Source: an uncultured virus (IMG/VR IMGVR_UViG_3300021256_000096) (taxonomy: Duplodnaviria; Heunggongvirae; Uroviricota; Caudoviricetes). From it: DNA of 64,000 nt. The stretch is taken from the IMG/VR virus record IMGVR_UViG_3300021256_000096; one strand, given 5' to 3'. Below the pieces are notes generated by a model that had not been told where the DNA came from, searched no databases, and saw only the letters and a list, made by a program, of their open reading frames with translations. This document shows positions 22,491 through 33,580 of this stretch, piece after piece. The first letter of the stretch is position 1. Every line of letters begins with the position of its first letter. The position numbers were made by a program, and so were the translations under genes.

Positions 22491-23941
22491 TATCTGTATG
22501 TGGATATCTGGAATATTGCATTATTTCAGATATTCTATTGCATTTAAATAATCATATATGATATATTAGGATTATTTTTATATGATAAACTATCAGATAT
22601 GATAATTTAACTTTGGACGTCTAACCGATGACTGATGAGATGATGCTAATGTATATTATGGTATACATTTCTCTGAGGTTTTGTGTACTATATGATACAT
22701 TATGAGTAAGGAGTGTAGATATAAGGAGGACGTTGAACCTGGGATGAGCGGCGTATGCTTTGTTGTATTACTTAGAGACGATACTGAGGATGGGGTAGAC
22801 GTCCTGGTCTGCTGCTACGAAGCGAGAATGACTCTTTAATATCTTCTGTCTGAACACAAAAAAATTTATTATCCGACGTTATAACATTACTCCGGATGAT
22901 TGGATGTTTACGGATAAGATTTGTTCAGACGTCCCACCGGACGTTCAAAACACTTGTTGTTAGGTTTCTCTATTATTGATGATTTAAATGTTTGCTCTTA
23001 ATAATCTGAATTGTTGTTTACTCGTCTGATGTCTTAGTATACTCTGAACTAATCTTGAATTCTCTAATCTATATTATACGTCCGTAAATAATCTGAGATG
23101 CTCTTATATATGCTCGTATATTTCAGATGCTATGAATGATTTGTTCTCTATAAAGGATGAATTTTAATGATCTTGAACTTTTATCTTTTATAGACAATAA
23201 ACTTAAACTACTCTCTTATATGACTCGTGATACTTGTGATAGTCGTGATATGCTCTGTACTCTACTCTATATGTCCTTGAATAATCTTATGATGGTTCTA
23301 AATAACTCTTAATCTCTTGAAATGTCTCTAATACTTCTAATACTATAAATGATTCTCTTTATTTATCCAGGACGTCTGAAGCAGGAACTCAGATTCTCTT
23401 TACTACTTGACTTACTTGCCGGACGCAGCATATTCGTGAGTCTCAACTCATCTTCAGTTATCCAGACGCAGACGTCCACGGATGATATATCATACTTTCG
23501 AGAACAGATACATCTGCTGAAGAAATAATATATACTGAACAGACAGATACAAACAGTATTATACCCTACTTGCCAGTAATAGTTTCACAGACAGACATAT
23601 AGACAGTTTTATACGGACATCCAATCTAATTTCATAACGAAACCAGATTATTTGTTCCCCCTTCAGATGATCATACCGGCCTGGAGGATACATATGCGCC
23701 AGGACAAACGTCCAGACATTTATTCGGAAATAAAATTTAGATTCGTAACGAAACCTATTTTTCTGTTTCCATATAAATCGATTTTTATTGCCAGCTGGCA
23801 GCATTTTTTAAGCTTTTCGCTCCCAGATTGCAGATCCTTCAGTATGATCCGACGTCCTGGATAGTAATTTCATAACAGGATTCGTAACGAATCTCAATTT
23901 TGATAAATATCTAAACGACTTTTCGAATATTTCCGCTTAAA

Positions 23942-24922
23942 ATGACAAGACTATACGAAGACTTCTTCGATGACAACGCCGGCCAGTTACAGACATCTCT
24001 GAAAGGATTGACAGATGAGATAGATAATCCAACTGACGACTATGAATATGTAGTCGACTTCTATAATTCATCTCCGGATGATGCTGAGAAGATAAAAGAT
24101 AAACTGGAAACTATCTTAAGTGCTTGCGTAGCAGAGTTCAGCAATATTGAAGTTACCGAAGAAGGTCACGTCAGGTTCGGGTTCAACAATTCCATAACGA
24201 ATCTGAAACTATTCTGTAGATTCATCAATTCCTTAGACAAATTCAAGAGCGTCTATGAAATCTACGATAAAGATGGAGAACCCGTGCTCGAACAGGATAT
24301 GTTCGACGGTCCTACAGAGTGGACGCATAAGAAGATTCACTTCGCATATCAGTTCTTCCCTTTCAAGAAATACGGATTCAAGCCCTTTGATTTGTTCGTT
24401 ACAGAAAATGCATACGACCGGTTGTCCAACATCGCTAACGTCGAAGAAGTCTGCCGGGCCGAGAGATACGTCGGGACAGTGGATCTGAACTTTTTAAAGA
24501 ATGAACCGGGCAATGCAGATGAATATTATATCGTCGCATACGAATTCAACAGCATCTCAGTTCCGCCGAATCTTGAGTCAGATGTTCTGAGCGGTTCGAG
24601 TAAGTACGTTTTCAGAGACAAAGACTGGAAATTTACTAATCCGTACTATCAATTCGGATACGATATGTCCGGAGATTTCTACTTCTCATTCGATATGCTC
24701 ATAGGGCCAGTCTATATCGAAGCTATCGATAATGCAATCGAACTTGTCATCTCGTGTACAATGTATGAGGACGACGGGGGTGAGGATAGTTTCAAAGCCA
24801 CACTGCCAGACTTTATGGAGCATGTGAACAAGATATTCGGAGGACATATGCCGGAGAGTCTCCGTGAATGCATAGAGTCTGAAGTCAGAATGCGCGAAGC
24901 AAATCGTTTTGATGAAGATTGA
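23942..24922 (+). CDS. late acidic protein (LYEDFFDD N-terminus), tandem paralog A
   Basis: 326 aa; GATAAATA at 23902. Confidence 0.8.
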   Translation: MTRLYEDFFDDNAGQLQTSLKGLTDEIDNPTDDYEYVVDFYNSSPDDAEKIKDKLETILSACVAEFSNIEVTEEGHVRFGFNNSITNLKLFCRFINSLDKFKSVYEIYDKDGEPVLEQDMFDGPTEWTHKKIHFAYQFFPFKKYGFKPFDLFVTENAYDRLSNIANVEEVCRAERYVGTVDLNFLKNEPGNADEYYIVAYEFNSISVPPNLESDVLSGSSKYVFRDKDWKFTNPYYQFGYDMSGDFYFSFDMLIGPVYIEAIDNAIELVISCTMYEDDGGEDSFKATLPDFMEHVNKIFGGHMPESLRECIESEVRMREANRFDED

Positions 24923-24924
24923 TT

Positions 24925-25935
24925 ATGAAATTGAATATGAAAGCAAAATTATACGAAGACTTCTTCGATGACAACGCTGGTCAATTGCAGACATCCTTGA
25001 AAGGGTTGAGCAATGAACTCGACTCTCCGATGGACTATGACTACCGGATGATTATACGAGATGATAATGTAGACATTCGAAATGAGAAGTGGATTGAAAA
25101 GACGAAAGATAAGATTGACAGCATTGTTCAGTCAACTTTCATTGAATTCAGCAATGTGTACAGACGTGGTGAGATTGAAGATATAACCGGTCCGAATAAG
25201 AATTAGTTTATCTTCGGATTCAACAATACAATGAGAAGTCCGAAAGTTTTCCGCAGATTTATATCTCAACTATTCAAGATTCTCGATACTGTTTATCTAT
25301 ATCTGTACACACAAGACGGATTCCCGTTAATGAACTTGAGATATACCGACGATATGTACGTCTATGAATTAATCAACGCCGCGTACAGACTGTTCCCATA
25401 TGATAAGTTCGGATTCCAGCCGTTTGATTGCTTCATGGACATTGAACCGGAGCGTCGCTTGACTGACATAGCCGATGTTGAGGAAGTCTACTACACCGGC
25501 CAGTATGACGGAGTTGTCGACTTAAGCGGATTAGTGAACGATTCTAATGCGAAGCACAAATACACATTTAATCACCTGGACACTTCGAAGTTCCACATCC
25601 CTACCGGCGTGTGTGACACTGTAGAGAAGGAGACGTTCGACAACGTCGTCTTCAAAGCCAAGGATTTGAAGTTCAAGGATCCGTACTATTAGTTTGGATT
25701 CGATAGGAATTCTGGTGAGGTGTTCTATTCTCTGGACATTATGCTCGGTCCGTGTTATCTTGAACCAGTGAACATTGTTGTAGACTTAGTTCTCTCGTGT
25801 ATACTCTGGGATAGTAATGATAAATACCGTTTCACAAACGACTTGTCGAAGTTTATGCATAATGTTGATGAGTTATTTGGCGGGAGAATGCCGGATGTCC
25901 TCCGGGAATGCATCACATCCGAGACTTATTGGTGA
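24925..25935 (+). CDS. late acidic protein, tandem paralog B
   Basis: ORFs 24919, 25231 and 25720 share a frame through TAG 25204 and 25690; DPYY*FGFD aligns with NPYYQFGYD of paralog A. Confidence 0.85.
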
Positions 25936-26096
25936 TGAGAAATGCTGAAAATTGAGACGACGAGGATGACGTCCTACAGCAATACAGAGCGCTGTTCTGA
26001 GAATTTTCGGATATAGCGCTTTTTATTTCCGTATAATATATACTAAATGATAGTTCTTCAGTACAATTATAAACAGAAAATTTTCTTTTATATTTT

Positions 26097-27047
26097 ATGT
26101 CTGACAATTACAAAGAATTCGTAGATAACATACGAGAACTATTAACTGCAATTAAGGACGACGAACGCTGCTAGGAGTACATAGAGCAGAATAAAGAACT
26201 CAAGTCATTCATCGACGTCCTTACACTTCATCTCATCAGTCCCACTGAAGAACAGAAGGAAGAACCCAAGCAAATCCCTTGGGAAAACAACGTCGCTTCT
26301 GGAACGTATTTCCAGATTATCAACCCGATGGTGAAGACTTTCGGTGAAGTTAAGAAATTCATCAATCTGGACATTGAGGATGACGACATTTATCTCGTAT
26401 TCTCTGATGGATCCAGATGCAACTCAAAACTAATTCTTCCATATGATGTCCATTTTGATTCTACCATGGAACTGCGTGAATATTATATGGCTGAGCTTGC
26501 GTGCAAAGAAGAGAAGTGGATTACAGCTATACTGCCTGGAGCACAGAAAGTGGCTCCGATGAATTACTTATCATCTCCAGATACAATGTGGTGGCACTCC
26601 GGAAAAACTGAGATGGAGATTCCGACGCCGGAGAACAATACACGAGTCATCCTGATTCCGCCCCCAGACAGATGTAGCAGTTATGCCGGTCTATATGAAC
26701 GTCATAAGAACGGAGAATTCAATGACTTGCTTTACAAAGCTCAGCAATCTAATGTCATCATCTATCCGTCTATGGACTCTGAACAGTTCGAAAACATTCT
26801 CCGCGAGTATATGCAATGGCCGTACATCGTAGACTACGAGATCCCCGAAGAGATTGAAGAACCCCCTATATTCGGACGTCAAGAAGAGAAGAAGACTGAA
26901 GAGAAAGTCGAGGAAGAAACTCCAAAGACAGATGAGATAATTGAGCAGCAGCCGGATACTGAATCTACCACAGATGCTGGTTCAGAGGACTCAACGTCCT
27001 GGACGCAGAAAGTCACTGGATTCTTCAAGCAACTGTTCAAGAAATAA
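26097..27047 (+). CDS. hypothetical protein (316 aa)
   Basis: ATG 26097 in frame with ORF 26328 through TAG 26172. Confidence 0.75.
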
Positions 27048-27174
27048 CAGACACCATTGTTTTACTTAGATAGTGAAGGGACGCTACTCATCATCGGGTC
27101 AGCGTCCCTTTCATTTATATTAAACGGCAAATATAAATTCATAATGAAACTGAAGTATCGTTTAAATGCTTTAA

Positions 27175-27312
27175 CTGTTAAAGAATACAAAATTCTGAAA
27201 AGTTTTTGCTGAAATACTTGCAAGATTCAAATAATTGTCTTATCTTCGCGGTAGAAATCAAAGAGAATAACAAGAAATATTTGGTGGATTCAAAAATAGT
27301 GTGTATCTTTGC
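27175..27312 (+). promoter_or_regulatory. tandem early promoters
   Basis: gttaaagaatacaaaattctgaaaagtttttg..cttgca..tatcttcgc, then tttgg..tatctttgca. Confidence 0.7.
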
Positions 27313-27352
27313 ATCAGAATTAAAAACAAAGAACAAATTAAAATAGACTATT

Positions 27353-27862
27353 ATGATGAAAGTTACAGATTTAGCACAGGGTGTTGTATTCTACAACAGT
27401 TTTGTAAGAAACCCAAACGTTGATGACTTTGGTGTTCTTGAAATAGTAAAGTATGAATTTAAGAACGGCAAACGTTGCTTAAATCCAGAATGTGGTGGTA
27501 TGTTTGACAAAGTTCCATTAAAATATGAAAACGCAGTTGACTTGGTTATTACATACAAAAACAGCAAGGGCAAAACAATGAAAGCATCCTACTTTTTGGA
27601 TAGTTTTGAAAAGCATAACGATCTTGTTTTGCTTAATAAAAATAATGCTGAACATGATTTTTTACAAGAATTTATTTTGTCTGAGTTCAAAGATGCAATA
27701 AAAATTTTCCGTAACAAACTTTTGGACAAAGGATATTCTTTGACAAATGTTATTGATACGATGCGACTTACATCAAAGTTTTCAGAAAACAAAAATGCAA
27801 AGGATTTGGCAAATAAGATATTGAACGTTTACAATGAACTTATGACTAATATTATATTTTAA
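27353..27862 (+). CDS. hypothetical protein (AT-rich)
   Basis: 169-aa ORF after early promoters. Confidence 0.75.
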   Translation: MMKVTDLAQGVVFYNSFVRNPNVDDFGVLEIVKYEFKNGKRCLNPECGGMFDKVPLKYENAVDLVITYKNSKGKTMKASYFLDSFEKHNDLVLLNKNNAEHDFLQEFILSEFKDAIKIFRNKLLDKGYSLTNVIDTMRLTSKFSENKNAKDLANKILNVYNELMTNIIF

Positions 27863-28049
27863 TGTAATTCTTGTGTATCATTGGGCTCTTAATGTACTTT
27901 TTGTACGAACTCTCTGAAACAGAAACTGTACATAGCAGTTACACAGATCAATCACGATGTAATACGTCTAAGTAAAAGACATACGTCCGGCGTCCGACGA
28001 TGAGATTGCTATGTATTATCTTGGAATGACTAACAACAAATAAAATTAT

Positions 28050-28268
28050 ATGAAAACTACAAATAATAAAGAAGACCGTAAAACTTGGAACAGTAAGTTT
28101 AAATCAGTTGTAGAACTTACTGAATGGTTGCATGAGAATTTCGATAAATTGTCGAAAGAAGAAATTATGAATGAAATAGTATCCGTTCTTAAAAAGAATG
28201 GCTATGATGTAAGTAAAGCCGAAGAGATTTATAAATCTGAAAAAATCTACTTAAAGAATAAAAAATAA
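28050..28268 (+). CDS. hypothetical protein
   Basis: 72-aa ORF. Confidence 0.65.
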   Translation: MKTTNNKEDRKTWNSKFKSVVELTEWLHENFDKLSKEEIMNEIVSVLKKNGYDVSKAEEIYKSEKIYLKNKK

Positions 28269-28287
28269 CGTGACAGACTGAACGGTT

Positions 28288-28611
28288 ATGAAGACATTAG
28301 GACAACTACAAGTCGGAGATACATTTTACCTCATTAATTATGATGAGGGCGATCACATATATGACGTCTGCGAAAAAGTCGTCAGCATCATCACTGACAT
28401 TGCTGTCGGCAAAATCGTAAAGTATCTGGACGCTGCGGGAGACCTCCACGGAATAACCGTCGCCAAAGAGGAATTCGAGGACACTAATGCTCCGTCTCAT
28501 TACTTGCAGGCAATCTGTAGTGATAAAGAACGCTGTCTGGAACTCTTGAGAGAAGACAAGAAGTCTTTCTTAGATAATTACTTTAGAATAATGAATCAAT
28601 TAAATCTTTAA
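28288..28611 (+). CDS. hypothetical protein
   Basis: 107-aa ORF. Confidence 0.7.
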   Translation: MKTLGQLQVGDTFYLINYDEGDHIYDVCEKVVSIITDIAVGKIVKYLDAAGDLHGITVAKEEFEDTNAPSHYLQAICSDKERCLELLREDKKSFLDNYFRIMNQLNL

Positions 28612-28742
28612 GGTAGTCTGTTTTTAGGATAACGTGACCGGACGTCTTGAGTGATGATGCTCTCGACGTCCGGAATTTTTATGCTCATAAATTTTATGTT
28701 CGTAAAATTATTCTGGTTTCATAACAAATCCACATTATCGTT

Positions 28743-29435
28743 TCAAAGCAGCAGCAATAGCCCGCCTATGATTGCTATCGCAAAGGAGAACAGTGTTCCC
28801 AGGAGGACATATTCTGTTAGACGGAAGTCAGATGAGTTCTTGATGTCTGAAAATCTGAAGACAGACTTCGCTGTTATCAAGAATCCTACTGCCGAGAAGT
28901 TGTGTGTCGTTATAAAAGTCACGATTAGTATCCTTTCAATGTATCCGATCCACTTGCCTGCGTTCGGAAGACCCGTGTAATCTGGAACGTTTGCACTCCA
29001 CTGTCTGAATATCCTTTCAATAAGCAAGGACGTAGGCATAGTCATCGCTGAGTAGACTATAAGATACTTCCAGACAGATGCTGAAGCCAAGAAAGATTCT
29101 ACAGATGACCATAGTTGAGTCACATCTCCGGTGATTAACGTCCATATTGCTTCCAGGACGCATAAGTGAGCAGCCTGGTCTGCGAGAAACCACTTCGCAT
29201 TGTCAGACGTCCAATGCGACTTCACATAATCAATAAGGAAATGAGTGACAAATACTGCCGGAACAATCCACCATAGACTAAACATTCCCAATATAATGTA
29301 CACTGACAGTGCGTTGATGAGAGCGTGAACGCTGAGTGCGATGAGAGAACGCTATTTTGATTTCGCAATGAAATCACTTTGTAAGAAGAAGTCGCCGATG
29401 ATGTGGCCGGCAATCAATTTGAGCATTGTTATCAT
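28743..29435 (-). CDS. DUF3307 family multi-pass membrane protein
   Basis: GHIIGDFFLQ, THFLID, ADQAAH, GKWIGYIER motifs; needs TAG 29352 read-through; ATGA overlap with the SatD stop. Confidence 0.8.
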
Positions 29436-30079
29436 ATCTTTTGTTCGTCAGTGTACATTTTAATCCGGTCTTCTGACCATTCTATAATCTTCTGCATCTC
29501 CGAGTAATTGGATCCACTCAATGATGTAGACAGTGTCGTCGTAAGAAACTTGAACTTCTTACATATATCTTCTCTGGATTCGCCGAGCATCATAGCCAAC
29601 GCAATCTTCGCACGCCTTAACGTCCACTGAGAGATGATGACAGATAATGCTGTCGTCGAGATGAACATATCTGAATTCAACTGTTCATCTCCTGACTTGA
29701 AGACGAGTCTCTCCTTAATCTTGATTTTATCCAGGCCGTGTCCTGAGAATATAAATGCCTGACCGTTGGACAATGTGACTTTACTGTCCAGTTTATCTGC
29801 TGTTCCAAGTCCGATGGAGATACGAACGTCGTAACGTTGAGTGGGAGTAGGGCTGGATGAGATGACAAATGCTCGGATTAATATCGCCAGCTTGATTACG
29901 AGTTCAGGTTGAAAGAGTACGATCTGGAACGCATCTCCCCTGTAAATCTCGAATTTAATGTCCGGATAATTTTTCTTCTGTTGGTTCAGGAATTTATTGA
30001 GAGACTTCATCAGACTTACGCCTGCGTCTGGAATCTTGGATGAGTTCACTATATCTCCGGTTAATACAGATACTATCAT
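29432..30079 (-). CDS. SatD family protein
   Basis: MIVSVLTGDIVNS..YRGDAFQ..RISIGLG..GQAF; GATAAATA at 30112-30119 (-). Confidence 0.8.
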   Translation of the reverse strand: MIVSVLTGDIVNSSKIPDAGVSLMKSLNKFLNQQKKNYPDIKFEIYRGDAFQIVLFQPELVIKLAILIRAFVISSSPTPTQRYDVRISIGLGTADKLDSKVTLSNGQAFIFSGHGLDKIKIKERLVFKSGDEQLNSDMFISTTALSVIISQWTLRRAKIALAMMLGESREDICKKFKFLTTTLSTSLSGSNYSEMQKIIEWSEDRIKMYTDEQKI

Positions 30080-30280
30080 ATATATTATGTCACACGAGTG
30101 AGTATTTTCTCTATTTATCTGTGCTGAAGTCAAGATTCGACGCTGAAGTCGAATTTCAAGAATTCGATTCTGAAGTAGAATTCGTCATCAATTAGGATGA
30201 TTTATACATCCGAATAAATTTTTTTTGAAAAAAGTTCTCCAAATTGGAAACTAAATTGAAAACACTGCGTACTATATACA

Positions 30281-30835
30281 GAGGCGGATGTCTGGGACGC
30301 CGCTTCAAGGCTCAAGTTTGATATGAGTTGCTACAGTGGTAGCGAGAGATGTTCTCTCATAGATTCCCCCCGAAAAGGAGAGTTGAAAACTCGGTCTCCG
30401 CGAAAACCAAGTAGAGAAGTTCCGGCTTGAGTAACATGTTTGGGATAGGGAAACAAATCAGACGTTTCGAAAAGACCCTTCCGTGGGGCCGACTCCTGAT
30501 AATCGATGGAGAATTACAATAAGAACGTCTTAATCCGGCCCACTATAAGCCCGCCTCATCTGGACGACCGGTGACGCAAACTACGAGACGTTCTCAAGTT
30601 CTGCTCGCTGCTCGGCTGGCTAGAAGACGAAGGCTCCGATTCGCCGGAATTCTTCACTTTAGTGCTCTCCCCTGGGTAACCGACTTGATTGTGAGGCTGT
30701 GCGTGGACGCACGCAACAAGAAGCATTGGGCAATACAAGCAACGGTTTGTTAACAAGAGCCAAATTTTACCGCGAGTTTCCACTCAAACATCATACTAGT
30801 TCCAGGAGTCCCTCAGTGATGAGGGACTTTTTTAT
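30281..30835 (+). ncRNA. large, highly structured non-coding RNA (~550 nt), family unassigned
   Basis: GC-richer island with no credible ORF, many nested helices (see findings), AT-rich promoter-like region upstream and an intrinsic terminator. Confidence 0.7.
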
Positions 30836-30838
30836 TTT
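30807..30838 (+). terminator. intrinsic terminator
   Basis: agtccctc-agtgat-gagggact-tttttatttt. Confidence 0.8.
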
Positions 30839-30950
30839 GTAAATATCCGAGCGATATTTAAATATTTGGGTTCATAATCAACCCAGATAATCAAATATAG
30901 GTCCGATATTTAAATATCCGGACGTCGATATTCAGATATCTGAGATATCG
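30835..30950. repeat. ATATTTAAATAT-type palindrome cluster
   Basis: Perfect units at 30854 and 30906; degenerate units at 30835 and 30928. Confidence 0.65.
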
Positions 30951-31112
30951 TAATACATCTAATAATGCAATATCTTTCGGATATATAACGAATCTTGATT
31001 ATGAGATATAAGAATGATATTTCAGCGTCAGATATGAATTTCTCATCGATTCTTTTTGTGGATCCAAAATAATTTCGTATCTTTGCACAGCAAATCAAAA
31101 TTCAAGAATAAT

Positions 31113-31796
31113 ATGGACGTCAACAGCGTGATGACTCATCTCATAGCACTGCTCATAGGAGCATTAGCAGGCATTGGTCTCGGCCAATGTATGTATTTAA
31201 TCCACAATCTCATCAAGAAGTATTGGCCGTATAATTGCTTGTCGTCTGAGCAAGATATGGCTATCCACGAAGCAGGTCATATTCTTGCTTGGCTGAAGTA
31301 CTGTCCATGGTGGAACAACGAGTATGCGTACGGGCAGCACGCCGAGCATATGAATTACGTCTGCATCAACCCTCGAACCAAGAATGGTCATCTCAATATG
31401 GACGGAGTCAACGTTGATTCTAACAAGGATGTTCACAAGTATCTTCTGTTAGGAGGAATCGCAAGTACGATGCTTTACGATGGTAAACGACCCACACTGC
31501 TAAACCTTCTCTTATATAAATACTTTCACGGATGCGTTTCGGATTTGAATCGTATCCGCGCAATAGGAATGTCGAACAGAGAAGCGTGTGCCTGGATTCA
31601 AGAACAGATGGCTGACATTGATGAGTACGACAGAGAATTCCTGGCCGGCGTTGCGAAGCATCTCGTCAAGTACAGTACCGAAGATGATAACGGGACGAAG
31701 ATTATCTCGAAGTCCTGGCTGAAGAACTATGCGAAGGCATATAGAGCCGGTGACGCAATAGTATAGGACGAACGTCCGTATAAAACTAAACAATGA
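31113..31796 (+). CDS. membrane-anchored zinc peptidase-like protein (M41/M50-like HEAGH)
   Basis: N-terminal TM; AIHEAGH..LLGGIA..SDL; TAG 31764 reads through to TGA 31794; early promoter tatctttgca at 31078. Confidence 0.65.
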
Positions 31797-32395
31797 CCGC
31801 CGAGTATAATTTATAGTTCAATACAACATCAAAAAACTATCATAGTTAAGATTTGGACTGTCCCACTCGTGAGAGCCGGACAGTTTTCTTTATATAGACG
31901 TCCGTAGAAAACTAAACATTCGCTGCTGAGTACAATATATAACAACCTGAAAAGTTTTTTTACTTCATCTATTACAGTCTGCCCTGCTCGTGAGAGTCGG
32001 GCAGATTTATTTTCCAGACATCTCAACTTCTTCCCCCTTCAGCAATTTTTGTTTCCTGCATTGAGAAAGCGATCGCCTGCGCTCGAAGTTTTATGATCCA
32101 GATGACTGCTTTTCTCGCTTTTATGCGGAACGATAATCAGGATTCGTAACGAAACCAATTATTATATGGATATTTCGGGCTCGAATTCTGCAACATGCTT
32201 CAGTTTTTATTGAAAGCTGGCAAGCTTTTTTTGCGATCGCACAGAGAAATTTGTCTTCATGTTGATAAATTTTCTTTCCTGGATGAACAATTAATTATTT
32301 GGTTTCGTAACGAATCCAATATATCGTCTCATTTTAACCGGACGTCTGCGCTATACTCTCTATTATCCAGGTGATAAATAAAGAAAATTAATTCT

Positions 32396-32752
32396 ATGCT
32401 AACAACAATGACTGTAGAACAGAAGAAGGCTCTATACGAGAGCATTATGATGGACGTCGCGAAGATTGTGAAGCGTCGGCTCCTGGAAGCAGACTCTGAT
32501 AAGCAAGTAGTTGTCTTCACCGGCAAGTCCAAGTACTTCGAAGGAGATGCTGTTGAGAAGTTTATTGAGAAAAATACGGACTTCAAGACAACGCACGCAC
32601 TGAGCGATAAGACTTGCCTGCTTATCACCGGTACCAAGCCCGGACCAAATAAACTGGCAGATGCTGAGAAGCGCGGAATCACCGTAATGGGTGAAGATGC
32701 ATTCTGGAAGAAGTACGGATTGACAGACAAACTGCCCGAACCCAAAGAGTAA
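32396..32752 (+). CDS. BRCT-domain protein with ALYESIM leader
   Basis: VVFTG..LSDKTCLLITG..PGPNKLADAEKRGITVMGEDAF (DNA ligase/RFC-type BRCT); GATAAATA at 32373. Confidence 0.85.
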   Translation: MLTTMTVEQKKALYESIMMDVAKIVKRRLLEADSDKQVVVFTGKSKYFEGDAVEKFIEKNTDFKTTHALSDKTCLLITGTKPGPNKLADAEKRGITVMGEDAFWKKYGLTDKLPEPKE

Positions 32753-32921
32753 GAGGGATTATACATCATCTGAAATAAGGACGTCTGAAGCACGATGCTT
32801 GAGATGTCCTTTTTTGTTAATGACTATTAAATAACTCACTTTATAGTTAAAGAGTGTTTAAAAACTTGCATAATCAAAAACTAATTCGTACCTTTGCAGT
32901 ACAAACAAAATTTCAAAGGAT

Positions 32922-33392
32922 ATGAAGCGGTTAACAAAAGAACATTTCAAGGTAATGATGAAAGTCTGGTTGAGTGCTGGACATAAAACTTATTCACAGT
33001 TATTAAACGACTGCGAGATAAAGTTTTTCAACGACCTCCTTACAGAAGGTTATATAGAGATTGTCAATAGATTCTATCCAACTATTCCGTACAAAACTGG
33101 ATTCAGCAAAGTGATGGACAATTTCGTAGAGAATCTCGAAATTATGAACGCTCCGCTGAGCAGCGACGAAGAAAAGAAGAAGCCGAGCGCTGCGCTTGAC
33201 ATCAAGATAGAAGACTTGGAGTTGTCCGCTCGTGCATACAATTGTATGGAGATGAACGGCATCAAGACTCTCGGTGAGTTGATAAAGTGGAACAAGAAAG
33301 ATTTACTGGGTCTGAAAAATCTCGGACGCGGAACTCTCAATGAACTGGACCAAATCGTAGATTACTACGGATTATCGTTCGGAAGAAAATAA
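32922..33392 (+). CDS. protein with a C-terminal RNA polymerase alpha-CTD-like domain
   Basis: IEDLELSARAYNCMEMNGIKTLGELI..DLLGLKNLGRGTLNEL; early promoter tacctttgca at 32889. Confidence 0.85.
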   Translation: MKRLTKEHFKVMMKVWLSAGHKTYSQLLNDCEIKFFNDLLTEGYIEIVNRFYPTIPYKTGFSKVMDNFVENLEIMNAPLSSDEEKKKPSAALDIKIEDLELSARAYNCMEMNGIKTLGELIKWNKKDLLGLKNLGRGTLNELDQIVDYYGLSFGRK

Positions 33393-33414
33393 TAACAATT
33401 AAAAGTTCAAAACT

Positions 33415-33576
33415 ATGAATAAGGAAGAAATTGAAATGCTGAAGCGAGCAATAGACTCACACGTGCATCTGCTGTGCTGCGACATCGAGGCATATAAGAG
33501 GACTGGAAACACCGAAGCAATCCAAGATTGTCATTCGGAAATTCGAAAGTACAAAACACTTAAAGAAAAACTATAA
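33415..33576 (+). CDS. hypothetical protein (53 aa)
   Basis: MNKEEIEMLKRAID..; fills the operon gap. Confidence 0.6.
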   Translation: MNKEEIEMLKRAIDSHVHLLCCDIEAYKRTGNTEAIQDCHSEIRKYKTLKEKL

Positions 33577-33580
33577 AGTT

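Noticed and set aside
24919..25935. Split ORFs (here and at 1854/2442, 11777/12416, 17046/17517, 18481/18829) as pseudogenes
   Set aside because: All breaks are in-frame TAG with no frameshifts, and one aligns to Gln in a paralog; recoding explains them better.
30556..30783. ORFs 30556..30783(-) and 30571..30753(+)
   Set aside because: Atypical composition, no plausible translation context, and they lie inside the nested helices of the candidate ncRNA.
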